Source of the DNA: a virus
Length of the DNA stretch: 64,000 nt
Strand: one strand, 5' to 3'
IMG/VR virus record: IMGVR_UViG_3300010371_000001
Coordinates: 1-64,000 of that record
Translations under genes and position numbers: made by a program
Notes under the pieces: generated by a model
Told to the model about the DNA's origin: nothing
Seen by the model: only the letters and a program-made list of their open reading frames with translations
The model's database searches: none
Shown here: piece after piece, positions 38,191 through 48,362 of the stretch
Numbering within the stretch: position 1 is the stretch's first letter
Layout of the letters: the number at the start of each line of letters is the position of its first letter

Positions 38191-40074
38191 ATGGACATGT
38201 CTGCAACGGCCAAACAACTCAGCGCATTGCGGACATGTCTCGCTGATATCGCCCGCAGTGGCGGCAACCCCAACCACGCCGCTGACGGTAAGTTTGCCTC
38301 AGGTAGTGGTAAATCGGTGCCAGACATCCGCGTGGAGCCGGGCGAGACAGGCGGCAAATATGCCCGCCTCATCGCACGCGCTGAGGACCATGAATCCATC
38401 CATGTGCAATGCACGCATTGTTCTCGCATGAAGAATGGCCCGCTGAGTGGAAGAATTCTCGGCGTGGTCGTGCGCAAGGACGGATGGTCACATGGCATCT
38501 GCGCTCCGTGTGAGCACGCCTGGTTGCAACAGTATTTCCAATCCAAGGGCATGAGTCAGGAAATGGCTGAACGGCGGATTGCCTTGTTTATGACGAATCA
38601 ACCTATCCCTGATGATTTGCTGCTGCCTGGTGAAACACCCTCCGCCGAGCAGCGCGCCCAGCGACTGCGCGTCCTGGCGGCTCATGTGACACAGGTGGCG
38701 GAACAGGTGCGTCGTGCAGGCCATCCTTTGCGTGATGGACGTGGGCGTTGGATCGGCTGGGTCGGTGGCGACGGCACGGTGCATATGAATGGCGAAGGCC
38801 ATGCCCACACGGGATGGGGGGGCGTCACCCACCACAGCGCCAAGGCTGGCAAGAGTGGCGGAGGGACAAAGACGACAGGCAATCGGGAACTGGATGCCGA
38901 GATCGCCAGGCAGCAAGCGCGCATCACTGAGGCAAAACGCCAGTTAACCACGGAAGATGCAAAGCACGATGCTTCGGTTTGGAATTATTATCAGCAGGAA
39001 ATCAGCGACGCTGAGTACCGTATCAGTGTTGCTCAGCAAAAGGCCGGGATTGCACAGCCAGCACCAGTGTATAAAACCGCAATGACCGATGAGCAATTCT
39101 GGCAAGCATTCGCTCGCACTCACCAGCAGATGCAAGCGAAAAACTTGTCTGGCCTTGTCGAAATCCGTGATATGCAGCGGCACTTCAAGCGTGAATATGG
39201 CATGTCAACTAGCGAGTTTTCAGCACGTATGAATGCCATGCGTGAGGATGGAGATCAAGGCGAACATCCAGGCCGTTTGCATTTTGAAGATGATGGAGAG
39301 TCTGGTCGCGCGCCACACTTCTATCATGGACTTGCGTTTCATTATGTTGCGCTGACCGATCTCAGCAAAGGCACGCCGAATGCCTATCGTGGTGATCCGT
39401 ATGAGAAGACAGGGGGCGTGCGCACTGGTGCGCTCATGAAGGCGTTTGATTATGCAGCAAAGGGAAGTGGCGGCAAATCCGGCGGCACGAAGGCGCTGGG
39501 TGAGGCCACCAGCAACGCCGCTGACCACCCATTCGCCGCTGAATATCGCGCCCGCCTCGCCGCCCTGCGCACTGATGCTGAGAAATCAGGCTATTTCGCC
39601 GCGCACCCCGAAGCCGAGAAGGCGCATGCGTCAGCCGAGAAGGCAGCGCGTGGGGGCAAGGGTGGCAAGGCGAAGACAGCAGGGGCAGAAAAAGTGTGGG
39701 CTGATGATGGCCTTGTGCCTATTCGGCGTGTTGAAGGGCGAGAAATCGGTATTGTTGCCCCTCCTGATGCACGGTTTTTGCGCGAACTCTATGGCCACGA
39801 TCAGCTGGCCAAGGCACTTGCCCGCTACACACCTGCCAAGATTCGTGAAGCCGCTGACGGCGTTGGTGTCAGTAGACGAGGGAGTAAGGCAGATATCATC
39901 GCTCGTATCCTGGATAAACTCAAGGATGAGCCGGAAACCACGTATTCCCAACTCAAAGAGACACCCCTTGATCGCATTGATACCCAGCGTGCCGCTCTGC
40001 CCCCACACATCGACCTTGCCGCTCTGTCGCATCAAGTGAATAGCGTCATCGCCGATTTACGCCGCATCGCTTAG
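38191..40074 (+). CDS. putative head-packaged cargo protein 3 (multi-module, DNA-binding-like domains)
   Basis: Two leaders (DIAR|SGGNPNHAADGKF; QVRR|AGHPLRDGRGRWIG), CxxC..CxxC, wHTH-like and HeH-like domains, C-terminal IDLAAL helix. Confidence 0.75.
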   Translation: MDMSATAKQLSALRTCLADIARSGGNPNHAADGKFASGSGKSVPDIRVEPGETGGKYARLIARAEDHESIHVQCTHCSRMKNGPLSGRILGVVVRKDGWSHGICAPCEHAWLQQYFQSKGMSQEMAERRIALFMTNQPIPDDLLLPGETPSAEQRAQRLRVLAAHVTQVAEQVRRAGHPLRDGRGRWIGWVGGDGTVHMNGEGHAHTGWGGVTHHSAKAGKSGGGTKTTGNRELDAEIARQQARITEAKRQLTTEDAKHDASVWNYYQQEISDAEYRISVAQQKAGIAQPAPVYKTAMTDEQFWQAFARTHQQMQAKNLSGLVEIRDMQRHFKREYGMSTSEFSARMNAMREDGDQGEHPGRLHFEDDGESGRAPHFYHGLAFHYVALTDLSKGTPNAYRGDPYEKTGGVRTGALMKAFDYAAKGSGGKSGGTKALGEATSNAADHPFAAEYRARLAALRTDAEKSGYFAAHPEAEKAHASAEKAARGGKGGKAKTAGAEKVWADDGLVPIRRVEGREIGIVAPPDARFLRELYGHDQLAKALARYTPAKIREAADGVGVSRRGSKADIIARILDKLKDEPETTYSQLKETPLDRIDTQRAALPPHIDLAALSHQVNSVIADLRRIA

Positions 40075-40100
40075 CTTCATCCCCTCATCCATCACTCTCT

Positions 40101-40125
40101 AGAGCCATCCGTGAAGGGTGGCTCT
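40101..40125 (+). terminator. hairpin upstream of the protease gene
   Basis: AGAGCCATCC-gtgaa-GGGTGGCTCT then TCTGTT. Confidence 0.45.
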
Positions 40126-40159
40126 TCTGTTGCATCCCGCAGCAGGAGGAACCACCCAC

Positions 40160-42652
40160 ATGGCTGTCAAATTCAAACAACGCAACCAGAAGGCGCATCA
40201 TAAGCGCGCCGCATGGTCCAGTGCCTATGTCTCATCATTGCCTGATTCTAGCTTCGCGGCTATAGATGAAGCTGGACGCCACCTCCCCTACAAAGATAAG
40301 GATGGCAAGGTCGATCTGCCTCACCTGCGCAATGCTTTAGCTCGCCTCAATCAGACGCAGATTTCCCCTGATCTCAAAGCGAAAGCCCGCAAGAAACTGG
40401 AAGCCGCCGCCCGGCAGGCTGGTGTGGGCGATTACGATAACGACTCCGAAGGAGAACGCATGACTACCCCCACAATGCCCGTCACGCCTGATGATGCGGC
40501 GCTGGACCCCCTGGCCCTCTTGCAGCGGGCGCAAGACACGTTCATGGAAGTGGCCGATGCCCTCGGCTATGACCCCCTCACACTTGTTGAGCGCGCCAAG
40601 AAGAGCGCCCCCGCTGGCGACGAGGATGAGGAAGACGGCGACGACGAGTCCGATGAGGATGAGTCGGAAGACGAAGATGAGGACGAGGAAGAAGAGGATG
40701 TGCCACCGTCCAAGAGCAAGCCCGGCAAGGGCAAGTTCGCGCCACGCTTCACGAAGAAGCGCGAGCAAACGCCTGAGCCTGTGCTGACCCGTGGCGTGAC
40801 GGTGAAAGCCTTCACGACGCCGAACCTGGACGAACTGGCCTACATCCCCTTCAACTTCATTAGCCGCAACGATGCTGAGAAGCGCGAGGTGGAGGGCGTG
40901 CTCAGCAATGAGCAACCCGATACCTTCGGCACGATCTTTGATTACGATAGCATGAAGCGTGCGGTGGAATCCCGCTGGCATCGCAACGTGCGTGAGCAGC
41001 ATGACCCCAAGAAAGCCGTTGGGAAGGGCGTCATGGTTATCTGTGATGATGACCAGCGCCAGGTGACGGTGCGCGCACGTATCAGCAAAGGTGCCGAGGA
41101 CACCTGGCAGAAGATCCTGGATGGGACGCTCTGCGGTTTTTCCATCGGCGCGGCCAATGCCAAGACCGAGACGCGCATGATCGGTGATAAGGCCGTTCCA
41201 TGCTATAAGGATTTCGACCTGGCGGAAATCAGCGTCGTGGATGCGCCTAGCAATCCTGGTGCTGCGCGTAGTGGCCTCACGCTGTATCGTAGCGCCATCG
41301 CCGTGCAAGCGGCAGATGATGTCTACGCCGATGTGCTCGCCGCTGATGAGGTGACAGTCGAGGCCGTCACCTCATCAGCGGCAACCGATGCCTCTGCTGA
41401 ACCTACCATTGCTCCCAGCGTTTCCCTCAGCGAGACGGAGATCGAGCAGCGTGTGGCGGAAGCTGAGGCAGCGCTGATGCGCGGCGATGCATTCGGTGCG
41501 CCACAAGTAACCACTGGCACCCCTGAGGCCAACGATACTGGCACCCCTGCCGTGCCGACCGGTGCTGAACTGGATGCTCTGGACAAGGCGATGCACACGG
41601 ACACGGGCCTCACCCATGCCCATACCCATGCCTACAATCCCAGCACCGTCCACATGGACCAGAACGCGCATCACCACAGCGACGGCACCCAGCACGCGCA
41701 TCACCACATGCACGGCCACGTCGGGCATGGCGATGGCAAGACACCGCATGTGCATGGCCACGAGCATGACCACAACTTTCAGCGCGCCGCTGCGGATGGC
41801 AAAGGGCCAAATGGCTTCATCGGCGAGGGCGACTCGCGGATGGAAGATTATCTGAGTCTGGTGCAGCGCGCGCAGAAGCCCTCCGCACCGCCAGCCGCCC
41901 TCCCAACCAAAGTTGCGGAGACGAGCGGCAACGCAGCCTCTATTCCTGTGCCATTGGCACGGCCATCAGATCGCCCGTCGGCCATTCCTGTACCAACGAC
42001 CGTGTCTGGTGGCAGCATGCCAGCGCCCCTTGCAGAGCGCACGCAAGTCCCTGACGAGACGCGCTATGGCCAGCGCATCAGCGGCGACACGCGCACTGGC
42101 ATGCACGAAGGCGCGCTACTCATCTTGCGCACCTGCGGCTGCCCGACGTGCCAGGACGCCATCCAGTGTTACGACCCCGACAACGATGGCGACGACGATG
42201 TGGACGAGGGCGGCGATACCGATCATGACGCAATGGTCGTCATGCCGCGCGTCCAGCGTGCCCAACTGACCCGCGCCGTCGCAGGCATCGTCCAGCAGCA
42301 AATGCAGCCCATCATCGCACAGCAGCGCCAGATCGCCGCGCGCCTTGCCGGTGTGCAAACCCCGGATCTCTCGCGCATGCAGACTCAGCTTGACGAGGTG
42401 CGCTCCGTATTGACGGAGGTACAAGGTCTCGTGAGTGTGATTGCCGAGCAAGAACAGCCAGGAGCACCCATCGTGCGTGCCACAGATAAGCGCCTCGCCA
42501 TTCACCCGACACGGCAACAGGGCGGCATGACGCCCTTTTCCGATGATCAGCTCTCGTTTCTGCGTAAGCAGAACCTCCTCACGCAGCCAACTGCGGATCA
42601 ACAGACCGCATTGGCTGAGCAAGTCTTTCGCCAGCGCCATCCGGGCAGTTAG
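40160..42652 (+). CDS. prohead protease/scaffold polyprotein
   Basis: LPDSSFA..RHLPY N-domain, acidic tract, protease VREQH..AVGK..GFSIG..EISVVDAPSNP, His tract, C-terminal coiled coil; precedes capsid. Confidence 0.9.
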   Translation: MAVKFKQRNQKAHHKRAAWSSAYVSSLPDSSFAAIDEAGRHLPYKDKDGKVDLPHLRNALARLNQTQISPDLKAKARKKLEAAARQAGVGDYDNDSEGERMTTPTMPVTPDDAALDPLALLQRAQDTFMEVADALGYDPLTLVERAKKSAPAGDEDEEDGDDESDEDESEDEDEDEEEEDVPPSKSKPGKGKFAPRFTKKREQTPEPVLTRGVTVKAFTTPNLDELAYIPFNFISRNDAEKREVEGVLSNEQPDTFGTIFDYDSMKRAVESRWHRNVREQHDPKKAVGKGVMVICDDDQRQVTVRARISKGAEDTWQKILDGTLCGFSIGAANAKTETRMIGDKAVPCYKDFDLAEISVVDAPSNPGAARSGLTLYRSAIAVQAADDVYADVLAADEVTVEAVTSSAATDASAEPTIAPSVSLSETEIEQRVAEAEAALMRGDAFGAPQVTTGTPEANDTGTPAVPTGAELDALDKAMHTDTGLTHAHTHAYNPSTVHMDQNAHHHSDGTQHAHHHMHGHVGHGDGKTPHVHGHEHDHNFQRAAADGKGPNGFIGEGDSRMEDYLSLVQRAQKPSAPPAALPTKVAETSGNAASIPVPLARPSDRPSAIPVPTTVSGGSMPAPLAERTQVPDETRYGQRISGDTRTGMHEGALLILRTCGCPTCQDAIQCYDPDNDGDDDVDEGGDTDHDAMVVMPRVQRAQLTRAVAGIVQQQMQPIIAQQRQIAARLAGVQTPDLSRMQTQLDEVRSVLTEVQGLVSVIAEQEQPGAPIVRATDKRLAIHPTRQQGGMTPFSDDQLSFLRKQNLLTQPTADQQTALAEQVFRQRHPGS

Positions 42653-42739
42653 CCCGCTAGAGATATCTCCCCACACATGTTTGCTTGTCCATTGACGATC
42701 ATCTCCTGATCGGTGATGGACCAGAAAGGTTTTGGCCTT

Positions 42740-44365
42740 ATGCCCGCTCAAACGATCCCGGTGGGCCAGTATGCGGATAGTCTGACTGAAGAGACGATCC
42801 AACTGGTTCAACAGCGCCTACAAACGGCGAGTGTGACCCGCAACATCAACACCACCACTGGCCTCATTGGCTACGATCTGCGTGGTCCTGCGGCTGTCGT
42901 GGTGCCAGTAGATACCCCGCTCGTCAACTTCATTCCTCGCGTCAACAATGTTGATCGCTCATCAGACCGGCATCACTGGAAAGCCATCCAGTCCTTTGGC
43001 TGGAACCAGGTCTCAGGCTTGCCTGGTGTTCGCCAGCAGGCTGCCCTTTCATCGGGTGGCGATCTGCCCTACTCAACGTTGGACCTGTTCAACACATTCC
43101 AGAACATCGCCGTCGATCAGTCCATCACCATGCAGGCCGTTGATCGCGCCGGACTCTTGGAAGGTGATCTGCGCGCCCGTCGCTTTGGTGAGTTGATCTT
43201 TGCGTTCAAGCTCATCGAAGAGAACTGGCTGACGCACTATAGCGACTACCTGTGGGCACCTGCCACACCGTTGCAGCCCACGACGAAGTCCAGTGGCGGT
43301 ACCATTGCCGACGGCACCTACTTTGTGTTCGTGAGCGCTACCAATGCGAATGGCGAAACCTTTGCCACTCAGGCGGCGGCGACAGTCGTCTGTGCATCGG
43401 GTGGTGCGAACACCAACACCATCTCATGCACGTATTTCACGGTACCCAACGCAACAGGCTACAACGTGTATGTGGGTACTGCTGCGAACTCCGCACGCAA
43501 GCAGGTGGCCGCGAATTTCAGTGTCCCCAATGGTGCTCTGCCCACCCAGAGCGTCCTCAACATGAACGGCAACTCAAGTTTCACGCTCACCAGTATCACG
43601 ACTGGCGCGAACCAGTTGCCCGCCAGCAATACCGCTGTAGTCGCACAGGATAACGCCTCGTATAACAGCCTACCCATCACCAACAATGGCCTCATGGGCC
43701 TCATCTTTGGTGGCGGCAACCAAAACTACTCGTCGGGCGTCAACCCCGGACAATCCTCGGCTCCCACGCCGCTCAGCACCTTTACGGCGGCTGGATCGAA
43801 TGCCGGGACCGTGGCAACGTCTGGTGGCTTGGGCGTCAATACGATGGGCTGTACTATCCTGCAACCCGCAGCGGCGAATGGCAAGCTTGCCTACAGCGAT
43901 ATCACCACGGCCTTGCTCATCTTCTACAACCAGGCACGTGCGAAACCGGATAAGATGTGGTGTTCCCCGCAGGATAACCAGACGGTGACGAACATCCTCA
44001 TGAATGCCGGTGGCACTCGCGTGATCTTAAACCCGACGACCGACGACGTGGGTAACATCACGGCTGGTGGCCGCGTGGGGCGCTTTTGGAACCCCACGAC
44101 GAACTCGCCGATTGACATTGAGGTATTGCCCTTCTTGCCGCAAGGCACGATCTTATTCGGTTCCACTGTCATGCCCTACCCGGCCCCCGGCTTTGAGGGT
44201 TCGACCATGTGCGTGATGGAAAACAAACCCTATACCGGACTGGATTTCCAGCCGACGCGTGCCAACCCCGTGTACGCCTATGAGGTCTACACTGACCAGG
44301 TTTTAAAAGTGACATTTCTGGGCGGATTTGGCGCTATTACAGGCATAATCCCCGGTACTTCGTAG
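42740..44365 (+). CDS. major capsid protein with inserted FN3/Ig-like domain
   Basis: GYDLRGPA..VPVDTPL..IPRV N-terminus, PFLPQGTI C-terminus; position after scaffold. Confidence 0.85.
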   Translation: MPAQTIPVGQYADSLTEETIQLVQQRLQTASVTRNINTTTGLIGYDLRGPAAVVVPVDTPLVNFIPRVNNVDRSSDRHHWKAIQSFGWNQVSGLPGVRQQAALSSGGDLPYSTLDLFNTFQNIAVDQSITMQAVDRAGLLEGDLRARRFGELIFAFKLIEENWLTHYSDYLWAPATPLQPTTKSSGGTIADGTYFVFVSATNANGETFATQAAATVVCASGGANTNTISCTYFTVPNATGYNVYVGTAANSARKQVAANFSVPNGALPTQSVLNMNGNSSFTLTSITTGANQLPASNTAVVAQDNASYNSLPITNNGLMGLIFGGGNQNYSSGVNPGQSSAPTPLSTFTAAGSNAGTVATSGGLGVNTMGCTILQPAAANGKLAYSDITTALLIFYNQARAKPDKMWCSPQDNQTVTNILMNAGGTRVILNPTTDDVGNITAGGRVGRFWNPTTNSPIDIEVLPFLPQGTILFGSTVMPYPAPGFEGSTMCVMENKPYTGLDFQPTRANPVYAYEVYTDQVLKVTFLGGFGAITGIIPGTS

Positions 44366-44390
44366 CTTGGTCGCTTAGGAGAGATCACGC

Positions 44391-44714
44391 ATGGCAACCA
44401 AGAAAGCGAAAGAGGAGGCGGCACACGTGTCGCCTCCTGCCCTTGAACCGCTCTATTCCATTTCACTGCGCATGCAAGTGAGTTCACTGGCAGGTGATGC
44501 TGAATATCACTTACGCATGCGGCGAGATGAGATTGAAGGCATCCTTAGCGGCAAAGCCACGTGTGTGCGCTTGCCGTCACGCTACGGGCCATCTCGTGCG
44601 CTCGGCCACGCAAATGATGAGTGGCGCTTCCTACCGCTCAGCAATATCGTGGAAATTACCCTCTTTGACTTTGAATGGCCTGCGGCGGACTACATCGCCG
44701 AGGCGGAAGGGTGA
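44391..44714 (+). CDS. hypothetical protein
   Basis: AGGAGAG RBS. Confidence 0.6.
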   Translation: MATKKAKEEAAHVSPPALEPLYSISLRMQVSSLAGDAEYHLRMRRDEIEGILSGKATCVRLPSRYGPSRALGHANDEWRFLPLSNIVEITLFDFEWPAADYIAEAEG

Positions 44715-44717
44715 GAT

Positions 44718-45920
44718 ATGGCTTCTCAGACCAGTTCCACCGTCAATCATGACGGGAACAACGTGCCATCGGATGCGGTATACGTACCGTCATCGACGCC
44801 TAATAGCTTTCCAGCGGGAACGGGCGTCATTAATGCCCTCGGCGGCACCGTTGTCACCGATGCGAACAACAACACCGCGGCGGCACAAGTGCTGCAACTG
44901 GGCGACCGCACTTTGCCAACTCAGTGTGCGGCTGTTGACCCAGCGGGCAACCTTGCTGTCAAACTGGGCAGTGGTAGCACGCCCAGCATCGTGCAAAAAG
45001 CCAGCAGCGTCAGCACTGGCTCGGTGACGACGCTCACCGCCACCTTCACCAGCAACGTGACAGCAGGCAATACCCTCGTGGTTTCTTGTGGCGTGGGCAA
45101 CAACGCTGCCATTGCCGTGACCGACACGCTTGGCAACACCTATACCCAAGCGTCGCTGGTAGCGAACTCGACCACCTTTGAAGCAGCGGTGTTCTTTGCC
45201 CCAGTGAAACTCAGTGGGGCCAACACCGTCACCATCACCGTGACCAGTGCCTCGGCGGCGATGGAAATCTACGAGGTGTCCGGCATCCTGTCGCAGGTTC
45301 CGGGCCAGCCGAGTAATGCCAGTACTGGCACTGGCACCGGCACCACCGCTTCCACATCCAACATCGGCGCTGCGGCCCCAGCATCCCTGGCGTTCCTGGC
45401 GGTCTCGGTGGGTACAGCGGCCCAAGCTGTCTCTGTCAGCACGAACACTACATGGACACTGGACAGCACGCAGAACAGCGCAGGCACCCCGGCGGGCCTG
45501 TTCACGTTTGGCGCGCTCAGTCAGAGTGTCAACAATGTGTCCGGCGTGTTGCCCAAAGCGACCCTGGCGGGTTCCGAGCCGTGGGCGGCGGCCAGCGCGC
45601 TCTTCCGCACCGCAGCGGTGCCAGTGGAAGGCACAGTGAGTGTTGGCGGCTACCAGAAGACCAACATCACGAGTGCCACGACCACGCTGGTGAAAACTGG
45701 TGCGGGTGTGCTGCACAGTGTGACGGTCAATAAGATGGTGGCCTCGGCCACGGTCGAGTTGGATGACGCCGTGACGAACACTAACTCGTTCGGCATCATC
45801 ACGCTGCCTGGCACCGTCACCAGCATGGCCCCCTTCACGCTCATCTATGACGCGCCGTTCAGTACTGGTCTGTCGATTACGACGAGCCAGGCGACGGATG
45901 TCACCGTGGTGTGGAAGTAA
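44718..45920 (+). CDS. beta-rich virion structural/decoration protein
   Basis: T/S/A/V/G-rich beta pattern; in head-neck module. Confidence 0.7.
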   Translation: MASQTSSTVNHDGNNVPSDAVYVPSSTPNSFPAGTGVINALGGTVVTDANNNTAAAQVLQLGDRTLPTQCAAVDPAGNLAVKLGSGSTPSIVQKASSVSTGSVTTLTATFTSNVTAGNTLVVSCGVGNNAAIAVTDTLGNTYTQASLVANSTTFEAAVFFAPVKLSGANTVTITVTSASAAMEIYEVSGILSQVPGQPSNASTGTGTGTTASTSNIGAAAPASLAFLAVSVGTAAQAVSVSTNTTWTLDSTQNSAGTPAGLFTFGALSQSVNNVSGVLPKATLAGSEPWAAASALFRTAAVPVEGTVSVGGYQKTNITSATTTLVKTGAGVLHSVTVNKMVASATVELDDAVTNTNSFGIITLPGTVTSMAPFTLIYDAPFSTGLSITTSQATDVTVVWK

Positions 45921-46008
45921 GGCAATTCCCAATTACAATGGGTGCGGCTGTCATGGCCGCGCCCTTGCGCATGAGTCCCATCCCTGCGCTTAAGTCGAGG
46001 TTCCGCTG

Positions 46009-47220
46009 ATGGCCATCTTCCCCATTTACTGCGATGTTATAGAATTTCTGACTGACAGCGCTGCCGCCATCGAGACGAACTCGCTCATCGGGGGCAACGC
46101 CACGCTACACGCGAGCTATCCTGCTGGCAGCACGTCACTCGTGGTTGATCCGGTGGCACTTGCCCAGACGTATGCCATCAGCGGCTTCGGAAGCGGCGCG
46201 GTCTCAGTGCAAGCCTGGATTTTGGATGGTCTGCAATGCGAGCAAGTCACCATCACCAACGTCAACACTGGCACCAGCACACTCACGCTGGCCAGCCCTG
46301 GCACGCAGGTGGCGCATGCGGCAGGCACCAACATTGCCAGCGCAGGCACCGCTGGCAATCTCGCCAAAGCGCTGGTGGATGCATCGCGCAAAGCCGAGAC
46401 ATTCTGTCGCCAGGGGCCAGCGGGCGTTACAGGCATCACCGGTGGCAACGCAACGGCGCTCACGGGCGGCCCCTACAGCATCGGGGCAGTTAGCGCGACG
46501 GTGCAGAGCAGCGCGGGCCTCGTGGCTGGCGCGGCACTGGTCATCGATGGCCCATCCAGCGAGCGTGTTACCCTCATCACTGCCACAGACAACGCCATCA
46601 CCCTCGCCAGCCCTGGCTTCGCCAATACCCATTCCAGTGGCGCAACGGTGGTCATGGCGGCAGGTGGCGACCGCAACCTCTACGCGCTGCCCCGCACCGA
46701 GACCTACAGTCTCACCAGCATGACCGCACATGTGGACAACGACCGCACACTGGTGGTCAATCCGTATCACTTCCCCGTGACATCGGTGCAGGCGATGACG
46801 CTGCAATTCGGCACCTACGCGGGCAATGCGCTCTCTGGCACAGGGCTGGTGTTTCCCAATGATGGACGGCAAATCATGCTGCCGTATGTCTCGTGGGGCA
46901 GTAGCGCGACCCCCTCGGCGTTCTATCCCCCTGCCTATCTGCGTGACCCCAATGTGTGGCTGCAACTCAGTTACACGGCTGGCCCCATTCCCCTGGCGTT
47001 TTCTGGCACACCGCAACTCCTGCTGGTGCCGGATGACATCAAGCGCGGTGTGTACATGTATGCGCAGAACTATCTGGGCTATCGGCAAAATCCCCTTGGT
47101 GCGGCGAATATCCACCAGGGCGACACCAGCCGGGAATACCGGTTACGTGGTGACAAATCCAGCAAGAGCCTACTCGTGATGGAAGCGGAAGAAGCATTGC
47201 AGCCGTACAAGAGGTGTTGA
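46009..47220 (+). CDS. head-tail adaptor with two inserted beta domains
   Basis: LVDASRKAETFC..., LSYTAG..VPDDIKRGV..EALQPYKR adaptor motifs. Confidence 0.8.
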   Translation: MAIFPIYCDVIEFLTDSAAAIETNSLIGGNATLHASYPAGSTSLVVDPVALAQTYAISGFGSGAVSVQAWILDGLQCEQVTITNVNTGTSTLTLASPGTQVAHAAGTNIASAGTAGNLAKALVDASRKAETFCRQGPAGVTGITGGNATALTGGPYSIGAVSATVQSSAGLVAGAALVIDGPSSERVTLITATDNAITLASPGFANTHSSGATVVMAAGGDRNLYALPRTETYSLTSMTAHVDNDRTLVVNPYHFPVTSVQAMTLQFGTYAGNALSGTGLVFPNDGRQIMLPYVSWGSSATPSAFYPPAYLRDPNVWLQLSYTAGPIPLAFSGTPQLLLVPDDIKRGVYMYAQNYLGYRQNPLGAANIHQGDTSREYRLRGDKSSKSLLVMEAEEALQPYKRC

Positions 47221-47221
47221 T

Positions 47222-47590
47222 GTGCGCGATACGACGATCACCATCCTGCGTGGCGGTAATAACAATCCAACGAATATCCTAGTGGGGTTAGATAACCGCA
47301 ACGCAACAGGCATCTACGTGCAGGTCGATCAGGCAGATGACAAAGAACTCGCACTGATGCAGCAGGTCTATCAGTGGTATGGCAAAATCGGGTTCAAAAT
47401 CAAGACGCACTATTGGAACGCCAACGCCCTGATTAAGCAAGATGATATTTTGGTTGATGAGCGTTTCACCGACCCTGATACTGGCGCGCTCTATCGCTAT
47501 CACGTTGTGGGTCGGCCCAGGGATTTTAGCGAAGGCCCATATGCCGGGGATCATCAGGAGGTTTTCTGTGATGTGCCGGTGGGTACGTAG
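47222..47590 (+). CDS. head closure/stopper-like protein
   Basis: Size, position, IKQDDILVD..YHVVG. Confidence 0.6.
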   Translation: MRDTTITILRGGNNNPTNILVGLDNRNATGIYVQVDQADDKELALMQQVYQWYGKIGFKIKTHYWNANALIKQDDILVDERFTDPDTGALYRYHVVGRPRDFSEGPYAGDHQEVFCDVPVGT

Positions 47591-47617
47591 CGAAAGAGGA
47601 ACAGATGAGAGGGACAC

Positions 47618-47881
47618 ATGGCAGTTTTGACTGAGGAGACGGCGCAGGCGGCGCGCATCGCTGCCCAGCAGGAATTGTACCGAGACCTGGTGCAGCGCCT
47701 CTACCAGCGGGGCAGGCGCGTGGAATTGGAGCCGATGCGCCTGGATGCGCTTTCAACGTTCATGGCAAAACTCGTGGCGGCTGGGCGTGTGAGCCACGCT
47801 GAACTGGAAGAAGAAATCATCACCTATCAGGTGCAGCGGTTGCAGCAGGAATTGCGCACCCTCTCAACACGCCAGCGGTAA
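47618..47881 (+). CDS. hypothetical protein
   Basis: GAGAGGG RBS. Confidence 0.55.
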   Translation: MAVLTEETAQAARIAAQQELYRDLVQRLYQRGRRVELEPMRLDALSTFMAKLVAAGRVSHAELEEEIITYQVQRLQQELRTLSTRQR

Positions 47882-47903
47882 TTGCGATGAAGCGAGGCAC
47901 GAC

Positions 47904-48362
47904 ATGGGACTCATCGGCAACGCCATGTATGGCATCTCCTTCGATCCAGCGAGCATGGCACGCATTGCGGCACTGGTCAATGCGCAACCAGTGTTTGCGC
48001 GCTATAATCTTGCGGCAATGCGCGTCTGCGTGAACTTGGTCGTCCAAAAGGCAATAGCGAACGCGCCGGTGAAGGACGGCCATTTGTGGAAAGCCATTCG
48101 TGGCTATCCGCTATCCCCCTGGCTTGGCCAAGTCGGTGTTCTTGGTAATATCCCCTACGGTCGGCGGCGCGAGTTTGGCTTCGACAATATGACCGACAAA
48201 CTTGGCCGGACGTACTCACGCGGCGATCCTTTGTACACTAACACCGATGCACGCAGTCACATGCACTATCTTGGTCGCGCACTGGATAGCAGTCGCCCCT
48301 TCATCGCCAACGCATTCCGCACCGCTACCCAAATGGCCATCCGTGCCTACATCGCACCATAG
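47904..48362 (+). CDS. HK97 gp10-like tail completion protein
   Basis: ANAPVKDGHLWKAI..YGRRREFG..YLGRAL. Confidence 0.8.
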   Translation: MGLIGNAMYGISFDPASMARIAALVNAQPVFARYNLAAMRVCVNLVVQKAIANAPVKDGHLWKAIRGYPLSPWLGQVGVLGNIPYGRRREFGFDNMTDKLGRTYSRGDPLYTNTDARSHMHYLGRALDSSRPFIANAFRTATQMAIRAYIAP

